From assembly GCA_044225365.1 (NCBI GenBank), contig JBGAIQ010000017.1, positions 32,001 to 96,000 on the forward strand: DNA of 64,000 bases, in the 5' to 3' direction. Below the pieces are notes generated by a model. That model ran no database searches, was not told the DNA's origin, and worked only from the letters and a program-made list of their open reading frames with translations. Of the stretch, positions 46,768 through 55,714 are shown one piece after another. Positions within the stretch are counted from its first letter, which is position 1; each line of letters opens with the position of its first letter. The translations under genes and the position numbers were made by a program. The stretch comes from Planctomycetota bacterium. GTDB taxonomy: Bacteria; Planctomycetota; B15-G4; JADJEK01.

Positions 46768-48209
46768 GGGGAATCACTCTGGCGCGCGAGTTCGTCCATG
46801 CGAGCAATGTAGCGCTTCGAGTCGAACTTCCTGCCCGTGCTCGCGAGAGTCATCGGGCGAATCGTGCCGGTGACCCTGCGCCCCGGAGCGAACGGCCGGT
46901 CGTGCTTGCCCGCGATCGCCCACGCGATGCCGGCGTAGCCGTTCGGATCGCGGCCATCGAGCTCGAACCGGTCGTTCCACTGCACTGCGAGTGCGTAGGC
47001 CTCCTCGGGTGACTTGCACCACTCCAGGAGTTTCTTGCCCCAGTACATCCGCATGTGATTGTGCATGTAGCCGGTGAGACGCATCTCGTTCTGCGCCGCG
47101 TTCCACAAGGGGTCCGGGGTGCGGCCGAACAAGAGTTCGTCCGTCGTCAGGTCGTAGGGTCGCTCGTCGAGTCGTCGCTCGTCCAGAGTCTTCTTCGCCC
47201 AATCGGCGGCGCATTCGAAGCGATCGTAGTCGGGATTCCGAAGAACGAAGTTGATGGCGAGCTCGCGACGCACGATGAGCTGCTCGAGGAAGGCGGCGCG
47301 CGCCTCGGCGGGCGCGTCCGCTTCCATGACGCGCAATGCGATCGCCCGCGGTCCGAGATGTCCGAAGTGCAAGTACATGGAGAGGCGGCTCGTACCGTCC
47401 TCGATCTCCGGCTTGTTCCGCGTCTCGACGTAACGAGCGAGTCCGCCTGCGAGGAATCGTTCGAGCACCGCGAGGCCGGCCGCGGATCCGCCCTTGTATC
47501 GGCCGCTCGGGGGAACGCTGCGGTCGACGGGAAACTTCGCGAGGACCTCCATTGGTTCGAGCTTCGACGACTTCGGCGCGCTCGTTCTCGTGAACGGCGT
47601 GGTCACACGCGTCTCTTTGGTCGCAACGAGCCAAGTCGGGAGCAGGCGCTGGATCTTCGGCCGAATCGTGTACGCGGCCCACTCCTCTTTCTCGAGGAGG
47701 GAGGTCGGCACGACGACGTCGGCGTCGATCGTGACGAGCGGGACGGAGAGACGTGCCGCGGCGGTCGCGCGCCAGGCTCGAGTCTCCTTCAGCGGATTCT
47801 CGTCGCCGATCACGAGCGCTGCGTCGATCTCACGGGCGAAGTCGTCGATCCGATGCTCGGGATGAGTGCGAAAGACGAACGTGGCTCCGCGGGCCTCGAC
47901 GTCGCGCCGAACGTCGCCGATTCCTTCGAACAGGAAGGTGTAGGCGCGCAGCGTTGCGCGCGGGAAGAACGGCAGGGGGGCGAGGAACACCGCAAGCGGG
48001 AGCTTCAGCTCGTTCGCCGCGAAGATCGCAGCATCGAGGGCGGGATTGTCGAACCCACGCTGCGCACGCTGCATCCAGTACACGACGGCGGCGCCATTCG
48101 GATTCACGGGTCGTTCGTTTCGAACCCACGCTCGGGCGTGCGAGGTGATGCGCGCGAACCAGCCGCTATGCGGCGGCGTTCGAGAGGAGTCGTTTCGACC
48201 GTCGTTCAT
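46764..48209 (-). CDS. phr: Class II CPD DNA photolyase
   Basis: VVYWMQR, AAYTIRPKI, SRLSMYLHFG, RRELAINF, GYMHNHMRMYWGKK and LDGRDPNG. The start is uncertain. Confidence 0.9.
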   Translation of the reverse strand: MNDGRNDSSRTPPHSGWFARITSHARAWVRNERPVNPNGAAVVYWMQRAQRGFDNPALDAAIFAANELKLPLAVFLAPLPFFPRATLRAYTFLFEGIGDVRRDVEARGATFVFRTHPEHRIDDFAREIDAALVIGDENPLKETRAWRATAAARLSVPLVTIDADVVVPTSLLEKEEWAAYTIRPKIQRLLPTWLVATKETRVTTPFTRTSAPKSSKLEPMEVLAKFPVDRSVPPSGRYKGGSAAGLAVLERFLAGGLARYVETRNKPEIEDGTSRLSMYLHFGHLGPRAIALRVMEADAPAEARAAFLEQLIVRRELAINFVLRNPDYDRFECAADWAKKTLDERRLDERPYDLTTDELLFGRTPDPLWNAAQNEMRLTGYMHNHMRMYWGKKLLEWCKSPEEAYALAVQWNDRFELDGRDPNGYAGIAWAIAGKHDRPFAPGRRVTGTIRPMTLASTGRKFDSKRYIARMDELARQSDSP

Positions 48210-48227
48210 ATAGGATTCACGGTTCCG

Positions 48228-51200
48228 ATGAAGACTCGAACCGCATACCTCTCGTTCCTGTGGGTACTCGCACTCGTGGCGCACGCATTCTCGCAGGATG
48301 GTGCGAGCGACGCGAAGGCCCGTTTCACTTCGGACTCCGTCAAGGCTTGGATGCAGGCGGCGGAATCCGCGCCGAATCTGCCGGAGACGACGAAGGGGCA
48401 ACTGAAGGCGGCGTGGCAGAAGTCGCTCGTCGATCTCCAGCGGGCCGACGAGAGCAAGCGGCGCGCGGATGGACTGAAGCAGAAGACGGCCAGCGCTGCC
48501 GAGGACGCGGCCGCGGCCGACAAGGCCCTCGAGGAGTTCGCCAAGCAGTCCGTGTCGTTCGCCGAGATCGACGGGCTCACCGATCCATCGAAGATCGAGT
48601 CTCGCCTCGCGACGGCCGAGGCGGACGCCGCGCAGAAGGCTGCCCAGGTCACCACGCTCGAGAACGAAGCTCGTTCGCGGGAGGACCGCCGGAAGCAGAT
48701 TCCGTCGCTGCGCGACGTCGAGCAGGCGCGTCTCGAGGAGGCTCGGCAGAAACTCGCCGGCGCCGCGCCCGCGGTCGATCCGCTCGATCCGGCGTTTGCG
48801 CTCTTCGTGCAGTGGAACGCGCAGCGACTCGCGGCGGAGGCCGAACTCGCGAGCCTCGATCTCGAGGTCCCGAGCTACGACGCGAGGTCGCGCCTCCTGC
48901 GCACCGAGACCGATCGCGCCCATCTCGAGGTCGAACGGCAGAACGCCCTCGTCGAGCGACTTCGCAAGGTGCTGCAGGATGCTCGCGCCAGGGAAGCCGC
49001 CGACGAGAAGAAGAAGGCCGAGGAAGCGGCGCACAAGCAGAACGATCATCCATTGCTCGCAGAAGCCGCACGCGAGAACCTCGCGATCGTGAAGCGCCGT
49101 ACCGATCCGGACGGCTACGTCGCCAAGATCGAGAAAGCCACGAACCTCCTCGCAGAACTCAAGAAGAAGGCGCAGGAACAGCAGGAACGGTTCGAGCAGG
49201 CGAAGAACTACATCGACACGGTGGGCCTCTCCGACGAGCTCGCCCAGGTCCTGCAGCAGCCGGCGGAGAGCAAGGCGACGACGCGCGATCACATCAAGGC
49301 GATCGAGGAGCGGGATCAGCAACTCAGTGAACTGGGCTTCGCCCGCATCGCTCTCGAACGCCAGCGTCGCGAGGTGCGCGATCCCACCGGCGCGGCGCGC
49401 GCGAGCTTCGAGGGGTACACGCGCAACCTCGACCAGATCGACTACACGGATCTCGTCGAGCGCAAGATCGACAAGAAACTGGAGGATCTCTTCGTCGCCC
49501 GCCGCGAAGCGCTCGACGACGCAATCGACGACATCGGCCGGCTGACGCGTATCGACCTCGAGCTGAACGAGACCGAGCGCAAGCTCATCGACTTGACGAA
49601 TCAATACAGCGAGTACGTCGACGCGCGCGTCGTGTGGTTGCGCAACACGTCGGTGCTCGGCCCGTCCGACCTCCTCGTCGCGCTCGACCGCGCTCGTCGT
49701 CTTCCGCTCGAAGAGCATCCGATCGAGACGATGGTCGAACTCGGCAAGGACGTCGCGCAACACTGGCCGTACTACGTGGGCTTCCTCGTCGGTGTCGGAC
49801 TCCTGATGCACTATCGCCGCCGGATGCGCGAGAAGTATCGCACGGTCGACGTCAACGAGGTCGGGTTCCTGAATGCGGCGAAGCCGATCTTCTACGGCGT
49901 CCTCGAAGCCCTGTTCGCAACGCTCCCCGTCGTCCTCGCGTTCGAGTTCGTGGCGCGTCGCTGCCTGCAGCTCACGGGCAACGATCCGGCGCGGGCGGTG
50001 GCGCAGTCTCTCCGTCATGGAATGGCGATCGTCTTCCCGCTCTTCCTGCTGCTGCGCCTCATGTGGCGCGATGGACTGTTCGAACGCCACCTCGGATGGC
50101 TCCCCGAGTCGCTCACGCGTCTGCGGCACCTGACCCGTGGCTACATCTACGCCGTCGTTCCGCTGCTCTGCATCTACTACTACTTCGTCGCGCGTCCCAC
50201 GCTCGACCCGAGCGAGCCCCTCGCCCGTCTCTGCTTCATCGCGGCACTGATCGCGACGTCGGTGTTCGGGTTCTCGATGGCGAAGCCCGCGATCGCCACT
50301 CTGCAGGTCATCGCGAAGGGCGACCCCGGCCGCATCATGCTGCGGCGGATCATCCTCATCGGGCTCATCGGTTACGGCCCAATCGTGATCGCGGCGCTCT
50401 CGGCCTACGGCTACCACACGACGGCCCACCGGCTGTTCGAGCGGTTGTACCCCACGACCGTCGTCATCGCGGCGATCCTGATCATCATCCAGCTCTTCGA
50501 TGCGTGGTTCTACATGGCTCGCCGCGCGGAGGCGCTCGCGCGTCTGCGCAAACGCCGCGAGGAACTGATCGAGCAACAGAAGGCGCTCGCCGAGAAGTCG
50601 GGCAAGAAGGACCCACCCGACGGCGCGGTCGAGATGCCGGCGCTCGAAGTGAACGAGATCGACTTGCGCAAGATCAATGCCCAAGCGCGCGAACTCGTCC
50701 GTGGAACGAGCGCCGCGATCTTCCTCGTCGCCCTCTGGTTCATCTGGCAGGACGTCCTTCCGGCGCTTCGAGTGCTCGATACGGTCACGTTGTGGGAGGT
50801 GAAGCAAACTGTCGGAACGGCCGTCGTCGCGCGCGCGATCACGCTCGTCGATCTCATCGGTGCGCTCGTGACCTTGACGCTCTCGTGGATGATCGCGCGC
50901 AACGTCCCGAGTCTTTTCGAAGCGCTCGTTCTCTCGAACCTCCCGATCGATGCGGGGGCGCGCTACGCGATCGTCACCCTGATGCGCTACGTCATCACGC
51001 TCGTCGGTATCGCGCTCATCTTCGAGCGCCTCGGCGTCGGCTGGGAGGACTTCCAATGGCTCGTGGCCGCGATCTCCGTCGGCCTTGGTTTCGGCCTGCA
51101 GGAGATCTTCGGCAACTTCGTCTCGGGCATCATCCTCTTGTTCGAGCGTCCATTGCGCGTCGGCGACACGGTGACGGTTTCCGGAGTCTCCGGCCTCGTC

Positions 51201-51635
51201 ACGAAGATCCGCATGCGCGCGACGACGATCCTCGACGGCGACAACAAGGAGCACATCATCCCGAACAAGAACATGATCACGGGTTCGGTCGTGAACTGGG
51301 TGCTCTCGTCGCCGACGATTCGAGTGCAGTTCGACATCAGCGTCGCGTACGGCACCGATACTCGCAAGGTCGAGCAACTCCTCGTCGCGATCGCGCGCTC
51401 GCACGCCGAAGTCGTCGACGAGCCCGCGCCGGGCGTGGTGTTCACGGGATTCGGGGAGAGCTCGCTCGACTTCCAGCTCAGCGCGTTCGTCCGGTCACCG
51501 AGCGTGGCCGGAAAGGTCCGCACGGAGATCAACCGGGCGATCGACGAATCCTTCAAGCGGCAGGGAATCGTGATCCCGTACCCGACCCAGGAAGTCATCC
51601 GGCACGACGGCGAGAAGGATCACTTGCCGGTGTAG
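48228..51635 (+). CDS. Large MscS-family mechanosensitive channel (MscK/KefA-like)
   Basis: Signal peptide, long coiled-coil periplasmic region and multiple TMs. VGLGFGLQEIFGNFVSGIILLFERPLRVGD and VVNW are present. Confidence 0.92.
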   Translation: MKTRTAYLSFLWVLALVAHAFSQDGASDAKARFTSDSVKAWMQAAESAPNLPETTKGQLKAAWQKSLVDLQRADESKRRADGLKQKTASAAEDAAAADKALEEFAKQSVSFAEIDGLTDPSKIESRLATAEADAAQKAAQVTTLENEARSREDRRKQIPSLRDVEQARLEEARQKLAGAAPAVDPLDPAFALFVQWNAQRLAAEAELASLDLEVPSYDARSRLLRTETDRAHLEVERQNALVERLRKVLQDARAREAADEKKKAEEAAHKQNDHPLLAEAARENLAIVKRRTDPDGYVAKIEKATNLLAELKKKAQEQQERFEQAKNYIDTVGLSDELAQVLQQPAESKATTRDHIKAIEERDQQLSELGFARIALERQRREVRDPTGAARASFEGYTRNLDQIDYTDLVERKIDKKLEDLFVARREALDDAIDDIGRLTRIDLELNETERKLIDLTNQYSEYVDARVVWLRNTSVLGPSDLLVALDRARRLPLEEHPIETMVELGKDVAQHWPYYVGFLVGVGLLMHYRRRMREKYRTVDVNEVGFLNAAKPIFYGVLEALFATLPVVLAFEFVARRCLQLTGNDPARAVAQSLRHGMAIVFPLFLLLRLMWRDGLFERHLGWLPESLTRLRHLTRGYIYAVVPLLCIYYYFVARPTLDPSEPLARLCFIAALIATSVFGFSMAKPAIATLQVIAKGDPGRIMLRRIILIGLIGYGPIVIAALSAYGYHTTAHRLFERLYPTTVVIAAILIIIQLFDAWFYMARRAEALARLRKRREELIEQQKALAEKSGKKDPPDGAVEMPALEVNEIDLRKINAQARELVRGTSAAIFLVALWFIWQDVLPALRVLDTVTLWEVKQTVGTAVVARAITLVDLIGALVTLTLSWMIARNVPSLFEALVLSNLPIDAGARYAIVTLMRYVITLVGIALIFERLGVGWEDFQWLVAAISVGLGFGLQEIFGNFVSGIILLFERPLRVGDTVTVSGVSGLVTKIRMRATTILDGDNKEHIIPNKNMITGSVVNWVLSSPTIRVQFDISVAYGTDTRKVEQLLVAIARSHAEVVDEPAPGVVFTGFGESSLDFQLSAFVRSPSVAGKVRTEINRAIDESFKRQGIVIPYPTQEVIRHDGEKDHLPV

Positions 51636-52996
51636 CCGAGCTGCTCGAGCTCGTGGCGATCCCTACCCTCGAGTTGGATCGCGGGGGAGTATTTGAATTC
51701 GCCCGATGTCGCGAGATCGCGTGCCTTGCGTCGCATCTCCTGGAGCGCCGCGAGCAGCTTCTCGACGATGTCCGGGTGCAACGAGGCCACGTCGTTCTGC
51801 TCCTTCGGATCGGTCGAAGTGCGGAACAACAGCGTCTCGCGAGGCCGGATGGCTTGCATGCGTTCGCCATTCACCATCACCGGCGGCGCGTTACCGCGAT
51901 GGGTCGCGCCGCTGTGATCGAGGATGAGCGTCCAGCCGTTCGCGGAATACGACTCAGCGGAATAGTCCTCGCGGAGGCGAACTTCTCCGTATACCGGAAG
52001 CGATTCGAATCGCTCGCCGCGCAGGGCAGGAAGCAGACTCTCACCCTGCGCATTCGACGGCACGGGTAGGCCCGCGAGCGAGAGCACGGTCGGCATCAAG
52101 TCGACGGTGCGCACCGTATCCGCGACGCGATGCGGTTGCATCCCCGGCGCTTTGATCATGAAAGGCACGTGGAGGACCTCGCGATAGAGCGATCGTCCGT
52201 GGCGCTCGCCTCCGTGGTCGGTGAACTCCTCACCGTGATCGGCGACGAGGATCACGATCGTGTTGGAGTCGAGACCGAAGCGCGTGAGCGCGTCGAAGAG
52301 CTTCCCGATCCAGAGATCGGTGAACGCGATCTCGCCGTCGTACAGTTCGATCTCCCCCGGACCGCGAAACTGGGACGCCGTCTCGGGATGCACTTGATAC
52401 AGCTCATGGGGATCGAAGTAGTGGAGCCAGAGGAAGAAGGGCTTCGACTTGGTATCGCTGGACGCCTGCTTCTCGAGCCAGTCGATTCCGCTCTGGGTCA
52501 CACCCGGCGACGAGATCTGCTGATGCGACTCGGTGATCTCGTGCTGGAGCGAGTCATCGAGTTCATCGAAGCCTTGGATCAGGCCGTGGCGCTTTCCGGT
52601 GAAGACGTGACTGACGACAGCACGTGTGCGATACCCCGCCTTCTGGAGCAACTCGGGAAGGGTCGTGAACGACTCGTCCAGCTTGTCGTCGAAATGCGCA
52701 CACTTGTGTGTCTGGCCGTACATCGAGGTGAACATCGTTGCGAAGGACGGAAGGGTCCACGAGGAGTGGGAGAACGCCTCGTCGAACACGACCGCCGTCT
52801 TCGCGAACGCATCGATGTTGGGAGACGTGGCCTTCTCGTACCCGTACGTGCCGAGATGATCGGCGCGCAATGTGTCGATGCTGATGAACAGGATGTTCGG
52901 GCGGGCCGCGGCGCCACCTTTCGAACAACCGAGTTGCGTAACGAATGCAACGATCAAGCACGGGACGAGCGGGAGAGCGCGTCGAGTAAGGGGCAT
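51620..52996 (-). CDS. Sulfatase/alkaline-phosphatase-superfamily lipoprotein (Thr-type motif)
   Basis: Lipobox QLGC, PNILFISIDTLRADH, WTLPSF, HYFDPH, ADHGEEF and LEQLGY. Confidence 0.88.
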   Translation of the reverse strand: MPLTRRALPLVPCLIVAFVTQLGCSKGGAAARPNILFISIDTLRADHLGTYGYEKATSPNIDAFAKTAVVFDEAFSHSSWTLPSFATMFTSMYGQTHKCAHFDDKLDESFTTLPELLQKAGYRTRAVVSHVFTGKRHGLIQGFDELDDSLQHEITESHQQISSPGVTQSGIDWLEKQASSDTKSKPFFLWLHYFDPHELYQVHPETASQFRGPGEIELYDGEIAFTDLWIGKLFDALTRFGLDSNTIVILVADHGEEFTDHGGERHGRSLYREVLHVPFMIKAPGMQPHRVADTVRTVDLMPTVLSLAGLPVPSNAQGESLLPALRGERFESLPVYGEVRLREDYSAESYSANGWTLILDHSGATHRGNAPPVMVNGERMQAIRPRETLLFRTSTDPKEQNDVASLHPDIVEKLLAALQEMRRKARDLATSGEFKYSPAIQLEGRDRHELEQLGYTGK

Positions 52997-53231
52997 GTTT
53001 TTCCGCGCCGACGATCGGAGGGGAGCGGAGAGAGAAGCGGCGGGTCGGAGTCGCGCTACGAAATGGAGAGAGAGAGAGATCGTGGCGTAAGAAAGAAGAT
53101 GCCGCTGGGGTCGGGTTTCGCCAAACCAAAAACCCGGAACTTTGATGTTCCGTGAATCCGATTTTCTTTCGAGCACCCGCGAAGCGCTGGCGAAAGGAGA
53201 TCTTCCGATCGACGGCGCAAAGTACTTCGTC

Positions 53232-54218
53232 TCAGTTGGCGATGCCCTGGAGTCCGTTGCTCGCCGCCGCGCCGAACACCGCAACCGGATCCGCGATCCA
53301 GTACTGCAGTACGATCGGCGTCCCGCTCGGCACACCGGCCGGCCAAGTGGTGGGTAGCGAGATCGCGCCCGCGCCGTTCGTCTGAATTGGCAAGACGAAA
53401 TTCGTCGACGCCACGTTCGGGACGAGGACGCCGCCCAGGAAGGGTTGATTGAGCTGCGAGAGCCCGGTGATGAGCAACGCCGCGGAGTTCGGCCGGGCGT
53501 TGGCGAGCGAGATCGTGACGTTCGAACCCGCGGAGAGCGCGCCGGTCCCGCTGAGCGTCGGCAGACCGCTGGTTCCCGCGAGGGCATGCCCGAGGTCGGT
53601 CCAATCGAGGTCGCGCGTGATGCGGATGTTGTCCGCGCCCACGGTCCAGATATCGAAGATGAAGAAGAACGTGGGGTCGCCGTAGAAGAACTCGACCTTC
53701 GTCACGTTGGTGATGACCTGATTCCAGGTGGCGTTCGGTTGGAGGCAAGTGCTCGAAGGATGCACCGCCCAACCGCTCGGCATCGTCGCGCTCTGCGACG
53801 GCACGGGCACGTCGATCGGCTTCCAACCCTGATTCACTTGCGGAACGAAGTCAGTGCCGAGTCGATAGACGGCGCAGGTGCCACTCCACAGCACGAGCGT
53901 CGCCTCGCGCGAGAAAGCGAATTGAGTCGCGAGCGTGCGCAGGTCGACGCCGATGCTCGTCACCTTCGAGCTGCGATAATCTCCCGTGAACGCCGAACTC
54001 GGAGAGTTGGTTCGCAACGAAGGCGCGAAGGTGTCCATCGTGGCTTTCAGGTAGGCGCCCGGATTCCCGCCGGATGCGGGCAGGTTCTGCGGGGGGCCGT
54101 ACGTCCATCCCGCACTGTTCACGCCGCCTTCGAACGTGTCGGTGAAGATCACGGAGCCGGCGTGCGCGACGGTGGCGAACGCGAGCGCAAGGACGAACGA
54201 TCCGATTCGATGGAGCAT
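53232..54218 (-). CDS. Secreted beta-sandwich protein with shared C-terminal domain
   Basis: Signal peptide ending VAHA. N-terminal domain reads GGNPGAYL...FTGDY...GADNI. C-terminal domain reads WTDLGHALAG...QYWIADP...SNGL. Confidence 0.8.
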   Translation of the reverse strand: MLHRIGSFVLALAFATVAHAGSVIFTDTFEGGVNSAGWTYGPPQNLPASGGNPGAYLKATMDTFAPSLRTNSPSSAFTGDYRSSKVTSIGVDLRTLATQFAFSREATLVLWSGTCAVYRLGTDFVPQVNQGWKPIDVPVPSQSATMPSGWAVHPSSTCLQPNATWNQVITNVTKVEFFYGDPTFFFIFDIWTVGADNIRITRDLDWTDLGHALAGTSGLPTLSGTGALSAGSNVTISLANARPNSAALLITGLSQLNQPFLGGVLVPNVASTNFVLPIQTNGAGAISLPTTWPAGVPSGTPIVLQYWIADPVAVFGAAASNGLQGIAN

Positions 54219-54278
54219 GGGAGCACCTGACACGACGGAGAGGGGGCGGGTCGATTGTAGCCGACAGGGGGCTGCGCG

Positions 54279-55709
54279 CTACGCGAGCACGTCCGTGACG
54301 ACGTTGCCGGCGACATCCGTGAGCCGGAAATCGCGGCCCGCGTACCGATAGGTCAGCTTCTTGTGGTCGACGCCGAGGAGGTGCAAGAGCGTCGCGTGCA
54401 GATCGTGCATGTCGACGACGTCGACGCTGGCATAGCAGCCGTAGTCGTCGGTCGCGCCGTAGTGATGACCGCCCTTCACTCCGCCACCCGCGAGCCAGAT
54501 CGTGAAACCATGGGGATTGTGATCGCGCCCGTCGCGATTGCCGCCGCTCGGCGTGCGACCGAATTCACCGCCCCAGATCACGAGCGTGTCGTCCCACAGT
54601 CCGCGGGACTTCAGGTCCTGCAAGAGCCCCGCGATGGGCTTGTCGACTTCTCGCGCATTCAGCGCGTGCTCGTGCTTCAGCGCGGTGTGCTGGTCCCACT
54701 TGTAGGCGTGAGTGCATTGGACGAAGCGGACGCCGGATTCGCAGAAACGCCGCGCGAGCAGACACTGCCGCGCGAAGTTGTCGGTCGTCGGTTCGTCGAT
54801 GCCGTAGAGCTTCTTCACGGCGTCCGACTCATCGTTCAGATCGAAGTACTTCGGTGCGACCTTCTGCATGCGGAACGCCAGTTCGAACGACTGGAGCCGC
54901 GCGTCGAGGACATCGTCGTCCTGACGCTGCTCGAGATGCTCGCCGTTCAGATCGGCGAGGAACTCGACCTGCCGGCGCTGGAACTCGCCGCTCCAATGCT
55001 TGTTCGAGAGATGGCGGAACGAGACGTTCTTCATCGGCGTGCCGGGAAAGCCGACGGGCGTGCCCTGATAGGCGCTCGGGAGGAAGGCCGACGACCAGTT
55101 GTTCGCGCCGCCGTGCCCGAGCGAGGGGCAGATCGTGAGGAAGCCCGGGAGGTCGCGATTCTCCGTGCCGAGGCCGTAGAGGATCCAACTGCCCATGCTC
55201 GGTCTCACGAACGTATCGGATCCGGTGTGCAGGGAGAGCAGTGCGCCGCCATGCGCGGCGTTCGGCGTGTGCATCGAGTGGATGAAGCAGAGGTCGTCGG
55301 CCATCGCCGCGAGGTGAGGGAAGATCTCGGAGACGGGCGTCCCCGATTCCCCGTAGCGTTCGAATCTGTACGGGGATCGCAGCAGATTCCCGCCGGGACC
55401 GAATAGGACTCCGGGCTTGCCGGGCGGAACCGGCTTCCCGTCGTCGCGCTGGAGGAGCGGTTTGTAGTCGAACGTGTCGACGTGCGAGGGACCGCCGTGC
55501 ATGAACAGGAAGATGATTCGCTTCGCACGCGGCGCGAAGTGGGGCGGTTTCATCGCGAGGGGATCGGGCGAAATGGGCGCGGCGCGAGCGAACTCGGGAA
55601 GGAGAGCCTGCGCGGCGAGCCAGCCGAATCCGAGCGACGCATTCTTCAGCAGGTCACGACGCGTCTCCGAACGACGGCGGGAGGGTTCGCGGCGAGGTCG
55701 TTCGTCCAT
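54279..55709 (-). CDS. DUF1501 domain protein (Tat-exported)
   Basis: RRDLLK Tat motif, AKRIIFLFMHGGPSHVDTFDYKP, GEFGRTP and GRDHNP. Confidence 0.93.
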   Translation of the reverse strand: MDERPRREPSRRRSETRRDLLKNASLGFGWLAAQALLPEFARAAPISPDPLAMKPPHFAPRAKRIIFLFMHGGPSHVDTFDYKPLLQRDDGKPVPPGKPGVLFGPGGNLLRSPYRFERYGESGTPVSEIFPHLAAMADDLCFIHSMHTPNAAHGGALLSLHTGSDTFVRPSMGSWILYGLGTENRDLPGFLTICPSLGHGGANNWSSAFLPSAYQGTPVGFPGTPMKNVSFRHLSNKHWSGEFQRRQVEFLADLNGEHLEQRQDDDVLDARLQSFELAFRMQKVAPKYFDLNDESDAVKKLYGIDEPTTDNFARQCLLARRFCESGVRFVQCTHAYKWDQHTALKHEHALNAREVDKPIAGLLQDLKSRGLWDDTLVIWGGEFGRTPSGGNRDGRDHNPHGFTIWLAGGGVKGGHHYGATDDYGCYASVDVVDMHDLHATLLHLLGVDHKKLTYRYAGRDFRLTDVAGNVVTDVLA

Positions 55710-55714
55710 GGCGA

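Noticed and set aside
46764-51635. Two giant overlapping antisense ORFs (1546 and 1526 aa)
   Set aside because: Each is a real gene (photolyase or MscK-like) extended by the stop-free antisense frame of the other, a high-GC artefact.
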